A DNA stretch of 64,000 bases from Marsupella aquatica (lineage: Eukaryota; Plantae; Marchantiophyta), in the NCBI GenBank assembly GCA_973895155.1, contig OZ316897.1, positions 20,215,224 through 20,279,223 of the forward strand, given 5' to 3'. Under the pieces are notes generated by a model. It was not told the DNA's origin, did no database searches, and was given only the letters and a program-made list of their open reading frames with translations. Positions 38,997 to 52,289 of this stretch are shown one piece after another. The position numbers were made by a program, and so were the translations under genes. The stretch's first letter is position 1. Every line of letters starts with the position of its first letter.

Positions 38997-39878
38997 CTAG
39001 CTAGTTTTGATGGCCTCAGCTTTGGGCTGGGTTTTATAAGAAGAGACAATCTCTTCCTTGGGCTCGCGCAAGTCCCAGACCAGCCCCGCAGCCTCCATCA
39101 TTTTCAGCACATAGTACGTGATATCGATTTCCCACCACATGAAACCCTGCCGAGTGCTGTGCATGTTGTGGTGGTGGTTATTGTGCCACCCCTCGCCCAG
39201 GGTGATGAGAGCCAAAATCATGCTATTTTTGCTATCGTCCTCGGTGTTGTAGCGGCGCGTGCCAATCACATGAGCCAGCGAATTGATACAGAAGGTCCCG
39301 TGCCACAAGAGCACGGTGCTCAGGACGAACCCAATCAAAAATCCCTGCCATCCCAGTAAAGCCTGGACCGCCGCGCCTAAGACCACCGGAGGGAGAAGCC
39401 AGTACTGATCTAGAAAACGCAGCTCTGGGAATTTGGCCAAGTCCTGCACTCGGTTGTACTCGGTGTCGGAGATATGATAGTAGATCCACCACAGGTGAGA
39501 ATACCAGAAGCCATACAACCTCGGGGAATGCGCATCACCCGCCTTGTCCGCGAACTTGTGATGGTTGCGATGGTGCGCTGCCCACCACAGCACGCCGCGC
39601 TGCGAGCTCGTTTCCGCCAAGAAGGCCAACAGAAACTGTCCCACCCGGCTCGTCTTGAATGTGCGATGGGAGAAGTATCGGTGATAGCCTCCCGTCACCC
39701 CGAACATCCGCACGCCATACAACGCGAAGCAGCATACCCAGGCTTGCCAGGTGACATCGGCCCACAATATTGCGGCAAAGGCCGCAAGATGCATAAAGGA
39801 AAACAGTAAAAAGTGCGACCACACGAAGCCTTCCGTGCGCTTTTCGGCGCTCGGCGCCGCTGTGTCCACGAACGTCAT
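38997..39878 (-). CDS. Membrane-bound Delta-9-type acyl-CoA/acyl-lipid fatty acid desaturase, bacterial-type, intronless
   Basis: 293-aa ORF from ATG 39878 with three His boxes (HRYFSH, HRNHH, HNNHH), plus NSLAH and GEGWHNNHH...RQGFMWWEIDITYY. Hydrophobic segments are present and there are no introns. Confidence 0.93.
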   Translation of the reverse strand: MTFVDTAAPSAEKRTEGFVWSHFLLFSFMHLAAFAAILWADVTWQAWVCCFALYGVRMFGVTGGYHRYFSHRTFKTSRVGQFLLAFLAETSSQRGVLWWAAHHRNHHKFADKAGDAHSPRLYGFWYSHLWWIYYHISDTEYNRVQDLAKFPELRFLDQYWLLPPVVLGAAVQALLGWQGFLIGFVLSTVLLWHGTFCINSLAHVIGTRRYNTEDDSKNSMILALITLGEGWHNNHHHNMHSTRQGFMWWEIDITYYVLKMMEAAGLVWDLREPKEEIVSSYKTQPKAEAIKTS

Positions 39879-39888
39879 TGCCACCCCT

Positions 39889-39941
39889 TTGCTCACTCTA
39901 ATTTGCTCACTCTAATTTGCTCACTCTAATTTGCTCACTCT
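39889..39941. repeat. 14-bp tandem repeat (~4 copies) in the desaturase 5' leader
   Basis: ttgctcactctaat is repeated here but not in the paralog leader near 48960. Confidence 0.9.
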
Positions 39942-42900
39942 ACTCTACTGCTCAACTCGCTTTCTGCTCAGCTCAGCTCAGCTCAGCTCTTCCGAGCTGC
40001 ATCACCGACCGGGCAAACCAGCTCGAGATCGAAACTACAAAGTACTGAAGCTGTCGACGGGTCTTAAATCATGGCCGCGGCTAATTTGCGAGAAGGCTCG
40101 GATCTTCCGAAGCTCGCGAAATTTCGAAATATCCTCCGCACGCCAAGTGATTCGTTCCAAGAAGTGAATATATCTGGGGAGGGGTTGGGTACAGACGGAG
40201 ACGACGATCTGGGTACGGGATTCTTCTCTTTGAATCAATGCGAGTACAAGTCAGTAGAATCCAAGAACTGGTGCGTCGAATTCATCGACGTGAAAGGGGC
40301 ATGCCTTGATCGTAACGCAGATATTGTGTCACTGACGCGTTCATAGGTTTTGATAGTCCGAAATTTGCCCCGTGTCCAGACACAAATACGGAATAATTTG
40401 ACGACATACTCGATGCTGAAATGCACCTTTTGCTCGGTGCCCTTCCTTTGCATGCGCTATGATTATACGCTTTACATTGCACTTTCTTCGTCTGGAACTT
40501 GTTTCATTATTTTATCTTGTAGCAAGTTGACAGGACACTTAGTTTAGGTAATGATATGCTAAAAAGAAACTATTCTCAAAGGAACAATACATTTTTCCAT
40601 TACAGTCGATGTATTCATGGTAAGTGACAAAATCAGGGCGAGCTCTGTCATTGGCCAATTTAATTTGGCTGCCACCAACTGACGATTCTTGTTACGCTAA
40701 TAGTAAGGTTCCAGATACCATAAGGGGGTGCAGGGTTGAAGTTACTGTAGAAGATTCATTTTTGAATCTCCAATTGCATAGCAAGCAGCTGGATACCCAG
40801 AAGGAACAACACTTATATAAAAGAACATCCAACCAGAAGGAACAACACTTAGTGATATATATAAAAGAACATCCAATGTATGGAAATCTATTCAATGGGT
40901 GGACGCTTGCCACATAGCACAGTACACCTGTATGCTGTTTGGTGTGCAAATAAGGTCACAGAAGGTAGATGTTCAGTTCTGAATCTTCAGTTGCACAACA
41001 ATGTTTTTACTGAGGAGGTTTGTGTGCCCCTATGCTGTCAACGAACTGAGAGACAAATGAAAAATGGGGGAAAAAGAAAGTTCCAAAAACAATTCAAAGG
41101 GGCTGCAGGAACACAGGATAAAAACTAGATAAGAACTCATAAGGGGTTTATGTCCAATGAATGTCACATGATGAAAACTATTACAAAGAACGATTTCATG
41201 AGACAAATCAATACTTAAATAATAACAATTGGAAAATGTTTGGCAGGTCAGAAAGCTGCTCTATAAAGGGAAGTCAGAATGGTGGGCGATAGTTTGGGCA
41301 CTGGGAATCAACTTTGGTCTACATTAATTCATGAAGTTGGTTTTTGAGAGACCCATTTCCTAGCCGACGACCTATATTGATGAAAGCCCAAGTTTATTTT
41401 GAGCTATCTTCTGGAGCATAAGCTAGGCAAGCGGATTCTGAAGAAATACAGTGTAGTATATATCCTACCCATTCTATATGCCCAAGCTTTATTTCCCCTG
41501 AAAATCCAACTTAGTCGACTTAATTTAAAAGAGAGAATAGAATACCAGGTCCATGATCAAAGAGAGTTGACTATGTCATATGCCCTCCCCTCATCTCTTG
41601 GATAGTTTCTTCCCTTCGAGACTACTTCTTGTGGGTAGATTTTTCAATCCGTGCTGTATTTTTCTTGATATTAGCAAGTATAGAAGGCCAGCTATAACAC
41701 TTCCCTATATAAACTTACTAGAAAAACTAGATATCATTATACATGCAGTGTCTTACCTGTGTATATTAAACTGGACCCACCGCGGGTGAAATTTGATGTA
41801 CACACGTAAGACACATCACAGACAAATAGAAGGACAAAGAAAGAACGGGTCAGAAAGAAACAATTTCAGAGGGAGTATTAATATGTGATAAACAAAGTTG
41901 GCACATTGACTAGGAAGACTAAAAGTCATGGTCTAACATTTGCGTTTTGCACAATAAATAAATTCTTATTAAATTTTAGGTCTGACTAGACTTTCTGGGG
42001 TCCTACTGAAACCTGGGGTCCTACTGAAACCTAAAAATTATTTGTCATGTAAATTTTAAGAATATAAAGTATTTTGTCATGTAAATTTTAATAAGTATCC
42101 TGACTTTTCAGTGAATACATTGCTTTCAGAATGAAAATGCAAGCTGGAGAATAATATTCTCACGTTACAAAGGCAAGAATACTGCAAAGCATGTTCAAGA
42201 TAAGATGTTCATTGTGGAACATAATTTATTTTTTTGTCTTGTAGTGATGTGTAAATGACTATTGCATATGATTGAGTGGATTGATAGGATTAAGTGGGAA
42301 AAATAGAACACATGCCAAATAAAAGTACATGAAGAGTACAAGTGCACAAGTCTTGAAGTACAATGCACATAAAGTACGCATTCTCACTTGCTTAAATGAC
42401 ACTCAAATCAGTCAAAAATTGTGCACATAAAGTACAGAAGATACTCCCTTGCCTTAGTAATCACAATAAAAACTATAAGCCAAATTAAAGTTTGAGGAGG
42501 ACTTAAAGCAGGAGGAGTCCACACCTCAAAGTGCCAATTTTCTCTCTCATGCACTAGAATTGATACAAAGTCCATAAAATCTGTTAAGGGGGGTGAATGC
42601 ATTATATTAAAAACTAAATGTACGGGAGAATGAGAGCTCTAGTATAGGAATATAATAACACTTAGAGGGGTCTCAGGGATTACAGTTTGCCTAAACCCCA
42701 ACACTCCACCCTCCCCTCTCAGGTATTTTCTACCCCTCCTGACCACCCCTTGGGGCCCTTGTGGGGTATGTACTTGAATCTATGCAGAGAGACCTTCTTC
42801 ACATCAAATACTATAGTACATTGTTGTGCCAAAAAATGCAGTGGTCGTCATTCAAATTTGGCGTAGTGTTTTGCGTGAAAAAATGAAAACCTGAAAAAGT

Positions 42901-43239
42901 AAGTGGAAGGAATAAATCAAAAGTGAATTATATTAGACAATGTGCATTGTTTTCCAAGCAAGAAGAAAGGTGGGAAACAATCAATCATGACCCCTCATCC
43001 AAATACTGTTTATTTTAACCATCTAAAATAAATGTCTGCCCAAGCTGCCCGCTAGCCTTCCCTCACTATCTTGCCTTTACAATATGTGCCATGCAGGGGT
43101 TATTGAAGACAACCACAACAACTGTATGGTCGGGATCACACAAAGCATGTCTCAATAATACATTGCAAAGCTTGTATGTTTTTGCATCGCCTTGATATAG
43201 TTGCCTGACATCATTTTTAAAGAATTACATAAATATCTC

Positions 43240-43620
43240 TTCTTAATATCTTTACCTTGCTCCTAGAAATCATTTTCACCTGGCTTGATATCTTTTCTTC
43301 ACCTTGACACCTTCTCTTGCCTTGACATCTTATCTTTTTCCTCACCTTTATATTTTTATCTCATCATGACATCTTTTGCTCACCCTTAGTTGACATATTT
43401 TCTCTCATGGACATCTTTTCCTCATCTTGACATCTTTTTCTCACCTTGACTTCTTTTTCTCACCTTGACATCTTTTTCTCACCTTGACATCTTTTCTCTC
43501 ATCTATCTCTTTTTTCTCATCTATCTCTTTTTTCTCATCTATCTCTCATCTTCTCTCTCATCTTCCTCATCTTCTCTCTCATCTATCTTTTACTCCCGCT
43601 TTTCCTCACCTCAACATCTT
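43240..43620. repeat. Pyrimidine-rich low-complexity/degenerate tandem repeat
   Basis: Repeated cttgacatctttttctcac and ctcatctatctcttttt units. Confidence 0.8.
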
Positions 43621-46600
43621 TTATGAAAGTCAACTCAATGCATCGGGCTAGAATTTACATATTTACACCTTTACATCTGAAAGTTCAAAGACGTCTGAGG
43701 TCCCAACACTTCACTTGATTTCATTTAGCTAGTCTTTCTAATGGATTTGCGTGGTTTATAACTTGGAGAGATGAAAAACAGCACCAATGACATAACACAC
43801 AGCCAAACTGGAGATGGGACCCAGCCTCTTGCCCATGGATGTCAGCCATCACCCTCCCTTGGATGGCTCCCTCTGTCCAGGCCTGGACTCCATTATTCTG
43901 ACCTCACCCTCTGGAGATGCCTGGATGCATTTAATCTCCCTCAAAAATTGGAATAGTTTGCAAGGTCAAATCAACAGACAAAAGAGTAGCAAGTTGGGCA
44001 CGAGAATCTCTCTGTCAAGTAAGTTTAGGGGTGTAGGAGTCCCAAAATCCCGCCCAAAACATGTATTATGGAGGTGGTTGATTAGTATGACACCCATGTG
44101 ACAATGAGATTGAATGGCCTCACCCTTGGCCTCACCAAGGACACTAACAACATCTCCGTATATAATAGTGAACAAAAGCTATAATTATTCAGGTCAATCA
44201 TGCAGGCTAGAGCGAAGTGTCTAGACACTGACTCTGGGGACATAATTGAAGTTGGGTGAGAGTGGAAAACAGGTAGAGTGAGTCTCAGTCCAAAAATTGC
44301 TCAGGGGCTTGAATATACTCACCTCTAATGCTGTCAAAGAAGGGGGCTAGTTGAGAAAATTTGAATATTTATAGCAGGTGTCACTGGGACTTTTCTTACA
44401 ACCATTGGGCTAAAATAGACATTGCACATCCCTACCACTGGACAGCGGTAATTGGCACATATTTGGCAGAGTTTGGTAGTACATTCCTGTATTAAAACCT
44501 GTTTTGAAACCATAAATAGATGTTGATATGGGCAGTCTCTGATTGGGCTGGAAACCCAACTGCCAAGTCAAACGATGCCATTGTTTGGAGGTTTTATTAC
44601 TAGTGAAAAGGTGACAGTGCGCAGAGTGAATTCCAAAGTCACGTCAAACCAAGTGAGCAAAACAAACGCAAGGAGCTGCAAGGGACGATCAGAAAACTGC
44701 CCCAGAGATGCAACCAACCCAAGAAAGAACCTCTATTATGAATGGAGCACCTTGAGCCAAGTCAGCCTAGCCTTGCAAGTTTTGTCAATACTAGAACTCA
44801 CCAAAATTAGCATGATATTCCAGAAATTGTGGAGGAGGCTGGCACGGTACAGGAGGGCAAGGCCTGGAAAGTAAAGTAACGAATAGAGAGGTTTCATTTG
44901 GACTTCTCCCTTTCGTAGTGCCCATGGTGGAATTGATCATTGGCATTTCCACCAATGGCACTTCTCACTCTCTGGTCATAGTGGATCCCTTTCCAAAATT
45001 GTCATTTAAACCCAGTGTCACTCCTCATATTCTGGTAATACCAGTACAGATTTTTTTAATGGCAGAAATTGGCTAGAATCCATTTCTTTGAAAAGGTTTT
45101 GCCATTTCTGGCAACAATTCACTAGGTTTTGTGTCTTCCATTACACCTAGCCAGACCCCTGAATCTGTAAAGATTTTTGTGAATTTTCTCTTTGTATTTT
45201 TGAGTGCATTAATTTCCCATATAGACTCTCTTCTTTTGAGGAGGGCATTATGTGAAGTATCATAAAAATAAAAAAGGTAAAACCCAAATTTAGTGTTACC
45301 AAATAAAATAACATAATAATTTGTATCAAAATCACAAAATTTATTTTTAATTGCCTTTGATCAATTGCAGGCCCTTTTGCTTGGATTTTCTATTCGGAGA
45401 TTCAATTTTTCTTGTTTATTACCCAAAAATCACTCAAGGTTTTATGCACATTAATGTACTAATTACTGACATTATGAGAATAATGCCTTCAAAACTTGGG
45501 CTGCTGGCCCTCGTTTTTCAAGGCATTATATCTCATAATGCCCTCTAACCAGGACATTATCCTAAAATCTTGCTAAGAAATTAAGATGGGGAAAAGTAAT
45601 TTCGTATTCCCGCACTCAAAGTGCAAGTTTGAGTGACAGTAAAGGTTTAAACTTTTAAACCACTGGTGTCCGCTGCATGCTTCTCAGTCACCATGGGCCT
45701 CTAAGTTATTCTCCTGGAATCACGGAGCAGGGGAGCATCGTAGAAGTTAGTGCATTAGCCACTAATAAGTTAAGTTACTATACTGAAATCATGGAGCAAG
45801 AGGAGCATCTTAGAGACAACAGGGCAGGGGAAGGTCAGGAGTCGATCCTAGAGGACAGGACGACAGGTAGAGACAAAGCGAGAAATTGAGAAATCTTGCA
45901 CACTTCGTTTTATCTGGACATTGGTTCATGAACACATTTTATATATTATTGTCACTGGTGATTGAAAACGTGGACGCTGGTTGCACTATCTCCGTATATA
46001 GCGAGCGTATCTGTGTTTCCGTCCCACAATGAGATACAAGCGAACATCCCATCGGAAACGAGTAGTAGCAAAGAGTTCGCATATTCACAAAGTGCGAACT
46101 TAACCCTGAAGTCTCTCAAGAAAAGGATGTCAAGTATTCACTGCCTTCTTTGAGGTCTACGTTGGATACCAGGGGTCACTCGTACATAACTTCGGGCCCG
46201 TCGTTGAATCAGATTGTTGGTGACGTAGGATATGAATCACTTTAATTTGCAATACTTTGCGCCTATTTTAGACCCTTGTTTTGATATCGAACCTCCGAGG
46301 CCATCTAATCCTGCATTTACTGGGATCAAACACGCTTTTCCCAAATCCTCGTTGCTGCTACATGTAACTTTCGTGAACGTGAGCAATGCTGTTGAAAAGT
46401 GGCTGCCGCTTCATAACCTCTGCTTCAAATCCCGTTTGTATATATGCTGCGAGAATCAGTGGTCAATCCCTTTTCTCTTGTTTCTAGAGCAGTTGCATTC
46501 AACTCTAATCCTTCCACCACCCTCAGAGAGCCTTACTTTGCAATCGCCCTGGAAACTGTCGGCACTGCATTCCCCATGTACTTGCAGATGGCGAACAGGA

Positions 46601-47639
46601 AGGAATCAGGAAAGCAGGAGCACATGGTCTAATTGCAAGCGCGAGCTTCCTTGCCTCAAACCCTTCTGGACACTACAGCTCACTCACCTCAGCTAGGCTT
46701 CAGAACTCAATGCAACGCCTCACGCTGACTGATTCATCGAGCATTTCCTGGCTTACGGTAATCCTTAGAAATCGAGGGGACGTCCCATTACTATCGCTTC
46801 TTAATTTCTTGGGTCGGCTTGCAGGGCTGCGTCATTTTTTCTGGTTGTCGCTTATGGACCCTTGGATTTATATTGTCTGCTCCCTGCTATTCTGGTGTTC
46901 GTGGGTAACTTGTAATTGATTTGGTGCACTCGACATGGGTGACTTGTAACTTGTATTTCAGTTGCTGCACTGTCACCTTTACACCTAAAAAACTAAAAAA
47001 GGGCTTATTTAAGTAAACCTAGCGGTTGGATTGCCCAACCAGAGACAGCCATGTCAATAGATTATTTGCCATAAACGTCTATATATAATTTTAAAATACT
47101 GCATAAGATGTTAGTGGATGAATGTACTACCACATATTGTCCCCAGAGAGCTGTTTTCCCTTCCAACCATTTTTCCGAATACAGGTGAGAACAGTCCCTC
47201 TGTTGGTTGCTCCGGGTGCCTGTTTTTTTAAGTTCACTATCCTTGGTGAAGCCATTCCAAAATTGTGACACTGGGTGTCACACTAATCAAACATATCCGT
47301 GATATTATGTTCTGGGAGACTTGCACCCGTACAGTCACTTTTACAAAGAGATGTAGCAAATATAGCAATCTGACGCTGGCTGAGAGAAAAGGGGGAGATG
47401 AAAATGATCCACGAACCTCCAGTGAGAGGCTTAGGGCAGAGGTCCATGTGCGAGCTAGAGGGCACACCTCCAGTTTGGCCGTGTCTCTACCTCGTCTCGA
47501 CTTGTCCATTTATGGGTGGTGTATTTCATCACTTTGATACGGAACAAACTCCTACAAAAACATCAACAAAAATGAATGAAGTGAAATACTAGTGTTGGGA
47601 CCTCAAAGTATTCAAGTAGGCTAAGGTAGGATAGTCTGG

Positions 47640-50600
47640 ACAAATACAGCAAAGATTCAAGAGTACATTCAAGAATAGTATACCACGCAACAGGTACAGT
47701 AGCTGGGAGGGGTTCAAAATACCAAAGCGAGGGAGGGAAGGCTAACCATGTATCAACTTAGTTTAGTTTTTTACAGTCTTTTACGAGCAAACTGTCTTTT
47801 GATCAAAGACCTGGTATTGTATTTACTTTTCCAATGTTGGCAAGGTTGGATTTTCAAGCCAAATAAAAGCTTGGGGCATTTAGGTTGGAGTCATGTCTGA
47901 TCGGGCGACTAGAGAGTAGTTTGACATGTGGTTTTACTTGGTTTTTGGATGTCCTGCCAGTTTGACCCTGACTTGGATTTGGGATTTAGATCCTTGTTAT
48001 TGCCTGGGACTTGTGAATTATAAGATGGTGGTCTGGCCCTTGCTTTCCTGGCCGGCCTCCTAGTGGAAATTGTCTTTAATTTGTCAAGGTGTTGTTTGCT
48101 TCCCCTCATCCCTGGGGTTCTTGCAGAATTAATAAATTAATAAATATAATCAAAGAAAATTAGGCTGGGCCTATCTGTTCATTCTAAGGAGTAGGGTCGA
48201 TCATGAAAGTAAACTTGGCTAATATTATAGTGAAGAACTCAAGATTAAACTGGATTTTCAAGGGAAATAAAGGATTGGGGCCCTTTTACTTTTTATTGGG
48301 CTCTGATTTCAACCGGGAAAAAAACTCTTGGGCCCAATCGATCCCAGGGTAGGTAAATCTTTTTGTGAAGCTCATTTTGCCTGGCTTTTCTGTGCTCGAG
48401 GAGATTGCTCAACTTGGCAATAGAGGGGGGGCCTTTCAGCGAATTAAGCTGTTCACCCAGACAATGGGTCAGTCAGTGCTCGAGCAAAAAGGTTGATTTC
48501 CAGCACACGAACTAGCGTCTGTATGTTAGTAAAGTTTTCCGAGCAGTGCATGTACTTCCATCGAGTATCATAAACTACAACAATCAGACAATCGAGGCGT
48601 GGTGCCCCTTTCATGTCGATGAATTCGACGCCCCGGTTCTTGGAGCGTATCCCTTATCGAGTCGAATCGAAGAATCCCGAACCCATGCAGAGCGTCGTTC
48701 CCTTCTGTGCGGGAGCTCCGACATATTCTGAGCGAATCAGACGGAGTGCGGACGATGTTTGGAGGATTTGCATTGCGAGCCTTAAAAGATACGACACTTC
48801 TAGCAAATAAAGCTCGGCCATCATTGTAGACTGTTCGACAACTTCAGGAGAGCTAGTGCTGATCTCGGCAGGTCGGCGATGCAGCTTGGAAGAGCTGAGC
48901 TGAGCTAGAAAGAACTATACTGTTGAAGGGCGATCGAGCAGTGAGTTGATCACTACAGTACAGTGAGCGAGGAGTAGCAAAGACGTTCGAGGACATGGCG
49001 GAGCCGAGCGCCGAAAAGGCACGGAGGGCTTCGTGTGGTAGCACATTTTACTGTTTTCCTTGATGCATATTGCGGCAAAGGCCGCAATATTGTGGCCCGA
49101 TGTCACCTGGCAAGCCTGGGTATGCTGCTTCGCGTTGTATGGCGTGCGGATGTTCGGTGTGACGGCGGGCTATCACCGATACTTCTCCCATCGCACGTTC
49201 AAGACGAGCCGGGTGGTGCAGTTTCTGTTCGCCTTCTTGACGCAAACGAGCTCGCAGCGCGGCGTGCTGTGGTGGGCAGCGCACCATCGCAACCATCACA
49301 AGTTCGCGGACAAGGCGGGTGATGCGCATTCCCCGAGGTTGTATGGCTTCTGGTATTCTCACCTGTGGTGGGTCTACTATCACATCTCCGATACCGAGTA
49401 CAACCGAGTGCAGGACTTGGCCAAATTCCCAGAGCTGCGTTTTCTGGATCAGTACTGGCTTCTCCCTCCGATGGTCTTGGGCGCGGCGGTCCAAGCTTTA
49501 CTGGGATGGCAGGGATTCTTGATTGGGTTCGTGCTGAGCACCGTGCTCTTGTGGCACGGAACCTTCTGTATCAACTCGCTGGCTCATGTGATTGGCACGC
49601 GCCGCTACGACACCGAGGACGATAGCAAAAATAGCCTGATTTTGGCTCTCATCACCCTGGGCGAGGGGTGGCACAACAACCACCACCACAACATGCACAG
49701 CACTCGGCAGGGCTTCATGTGGTGGGAAATCGATATCACGTACTATGTGCTGAAAATGATGGAGGCGGTGGAGCTGGTCTAGGACTTGCGCGAGCCCAAG
49801 GAAGAGGTTGTCTCTTCTTATAAAACCCAGCCCAAAGCTGAGGCCATCAAAACTAGCTAGACAGTCGCTGTAAGTCGCAAAAGTCAAGCCGTGCTGACTG
49901 CAAATGATCGACTCGCACTATCTGGTTTCAGGGCGAGGGATCTTTGATTTACGACATGGTGTTGGCTCCCATTGATGCAATTGAGATCGATTTCAACACA
50001 GCTGCAGCAGCATCTATGCTATACATAGATCTGGACTCAACTAGGTAAAGAAATTCAGAAATCCACGTCATTTCAATTCAAGGGGCTTGGAATTAATCTC
50101 AGGGGAAAACTGCCAAGCTTGTATATATACTATGGTGGTACTCTAGGATATATGGAGAATGGCAGTGAGACAGGTATAGGTGTATGCGTTAGGAACCGAA
50201 ACTGATGAGCTGCGCTGACTGGTTAGCCGCCCGCTATCCTGATGATCAGATCGTTCACGTGAGTAAAGCAGTAACCAGTTCTAGACGAAATATATGACGT
50301 TCGGACCTAGCATTCTGAATTCTGGAAGATTTTCCTGATTCAAAAAGCCTCCGTCGCTGGAGCACTGCATGCATCCTGCCTGGATTCACGTGATAACTCT
50401 CGTTCATTACAGTGTTTTGGATCTACATGCATCCCGTCATGAGCTTGATCATTCAGCTCTTAACAAGGCACAGAAAAGAAAGCACCAACAATGTTAAAAG
50501 GCAATTTGTCTCCTAAATTAAACGCATGGTCTAAATTAATTGAGAACATAGTCCCACTCTATCAAGTAGAAAGACGATTCATGCATCTCTTCTTTCTTCT

Positions 50601-50790
50601 TCAGTTGACGAATTTCCGAGCTTCCAATAATATTCGAACCTAGGTGCATTGAATGTCTGAACCTTGGTTTGATTTTTGCCCTCTCCAAAGACACATTGTT
50701 CCTGAATGTGTGGCATATGTGAATGCCGATAATTATTTATTCTTGCGAGAATCATCCCCAGCGAGCGAGGCTTCAACAATCGGTAAACCA
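47640..50790. repeat. Right arm of the inverted segmental duplication
   Basis: Same anchors as listed for the left arm. Confidence 0.8.
48980..49860 (+). pseudogene. Delta-9-type desaturase pseudogene (inverted paralog of 38997-39878)
   Basis: Near-identical protein in 49060-49782. Lesions: start ATG>AAG at ~48980, 1-nt deletion at ~49019 (aagcgcacg>aaggcacg), TCG>TAG at ~49039 and TGG>TAG at 49780. Confidence 0.92.
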
Positions 50791-52289
50791 CTTGCAATGA
50801 GGAGTGAAGATCCAAATTCGGAAGATGGAAAACGCCATGGAGAAACCCTTTGTGCTCAACACGGACGTCGTTATCGATTACCCTTACCAGTTGTTCCTTT
50901 CCTGTGAAGTTACGTCCACTATATATTCGCATCGAGAAATGGAACGGAACGGAAAGACCAAGACGGAATTACAAGTAGTATGCGAAAAGACCAAACGATA
51001 TCTAATCGATGTCTTTGACGCTTTGCCACAATTCGAATCACTCTGTTAAGACTTAGCATCTTGGGACCCCGTCAAAATTCACAGGTCCAATAAGAAGGTT
51101 TTGATGGAGTTTACACGACGTTTGTAGGGTCCCGAGACTCATCTTCCATCACTCTTGAGAGACTTTTGTATTGGATACATAAGAGTCAGTCGGAGGGAAT
51201 TAGAATATTCAAAGTTGATGCTAGGACATTCCATAACGTTTCACCACGATGTACCTGGTAACCTCTGAGACCCAATAACCCAATAATCTTAAGGCACTAG
51301 CCCAATTCCTGTGCACACAAGCACAAGCTTAAATAATCTAGATGACCATGCAGTTGGACTCTACAGGTTGGACGTGGAAAATGTACACACTGGGACGTTT
51401 AGGCCTATCTCATGATTAAGGCAAACTTCACCATACCAAAGGCTAAGGAGGCTTCACACATTTTTGTAAACTGACCATGAGAATCCAAAGAATGAACAGG
51501 ATTGCAACAGGAGTGCATATTACACTGCTTAGATGGAAACAACTCAAAGTTGATGCTTGGATGGACCATGCAGTTTCACTAGGCAACTTGGATGGACCTA
51601 GTGGTTTTTAAATTGGGACTCAGCCTTATGATCATTTATACAATAATATATACTATTTGAATTCAAAATAAATCTGCGTACCCCCTCGTTTCTTTGGATA
51701 ATTAGGGTAACACTATGGAAGACAATGAGAGAGACATGGCTTAGCTAGCATCTTTATAATTTTAATATTGGTTATTATGTTGCTTTAATTTAGCCGCATT
51801 AAGTATAATTCTACTTTAAAACTCTACTTAAAGAGAATTTCTCGTATGCTAGGCACTTTGCTTCAGACTATTCAACACAACACTGCCTCGATCTCGCATA
51901 CTCTGTTCACTCTGCGTTAACTCGGCCAACAATTTTCAACAAGTACTGCAGCTGCTGTCGAGCAAAGCAAGTGGATCGCATGACATGTACTAACAGGATT
52001 TGTAAAAAATCTTCAGAAAGTTGATAAGATTTCTTAAGGTAATTGCTCCCGTTGACCTTTGTTGCCTTTACAAGTAAGCAGGACTTCTAATTTCAAAGGC
52101 CCTCTACTTGTAGAGGACATACAATGATAATAATACATCACATCATGTGCTTTTTGTTTCCAGATCGGTCAGTGGATCCATCGTCTGTCTCAAGCGACGT
52201 TGGGAGCATAACTGGTACATTGCTGTGAGTCAGGCACTACTCTTTGGTTCTACTCCATGGAGGTAATTAACCATGGAAGCTGCCCTATT

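Larger units (their letters stand above)
37810..41700. repeat. Left arm of a diverged inverted segmental duplication
   Basis: Reverse-complement anchors: 37810-37860 vs 50735-50790, 38395-38430 vs 50300-50340, the desaturase CDS, 40275-40310 vs 48590-48630, 41470-41570 vs 47795-47885, and 41620-41660 vs 47640-47680. Confidence 0.8.

Noticed and set aside
38997-39896. Bacterial contamination as the source of the desaturase; GTG start at 39896
   Set aside because: The gene is flanked by plant repeats, is duplicated with diverged flanks and has no operon neighbours. ATG 39878 is the plausible eukaryotic start.
43700-45000. Degenerate minus-strand coding-like sequence (e.g. YRCPVVGC) in the inverted-repeat spacer
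   Set aside because: Multiple stops and no assignable family; probably an old TE, but unsupported.
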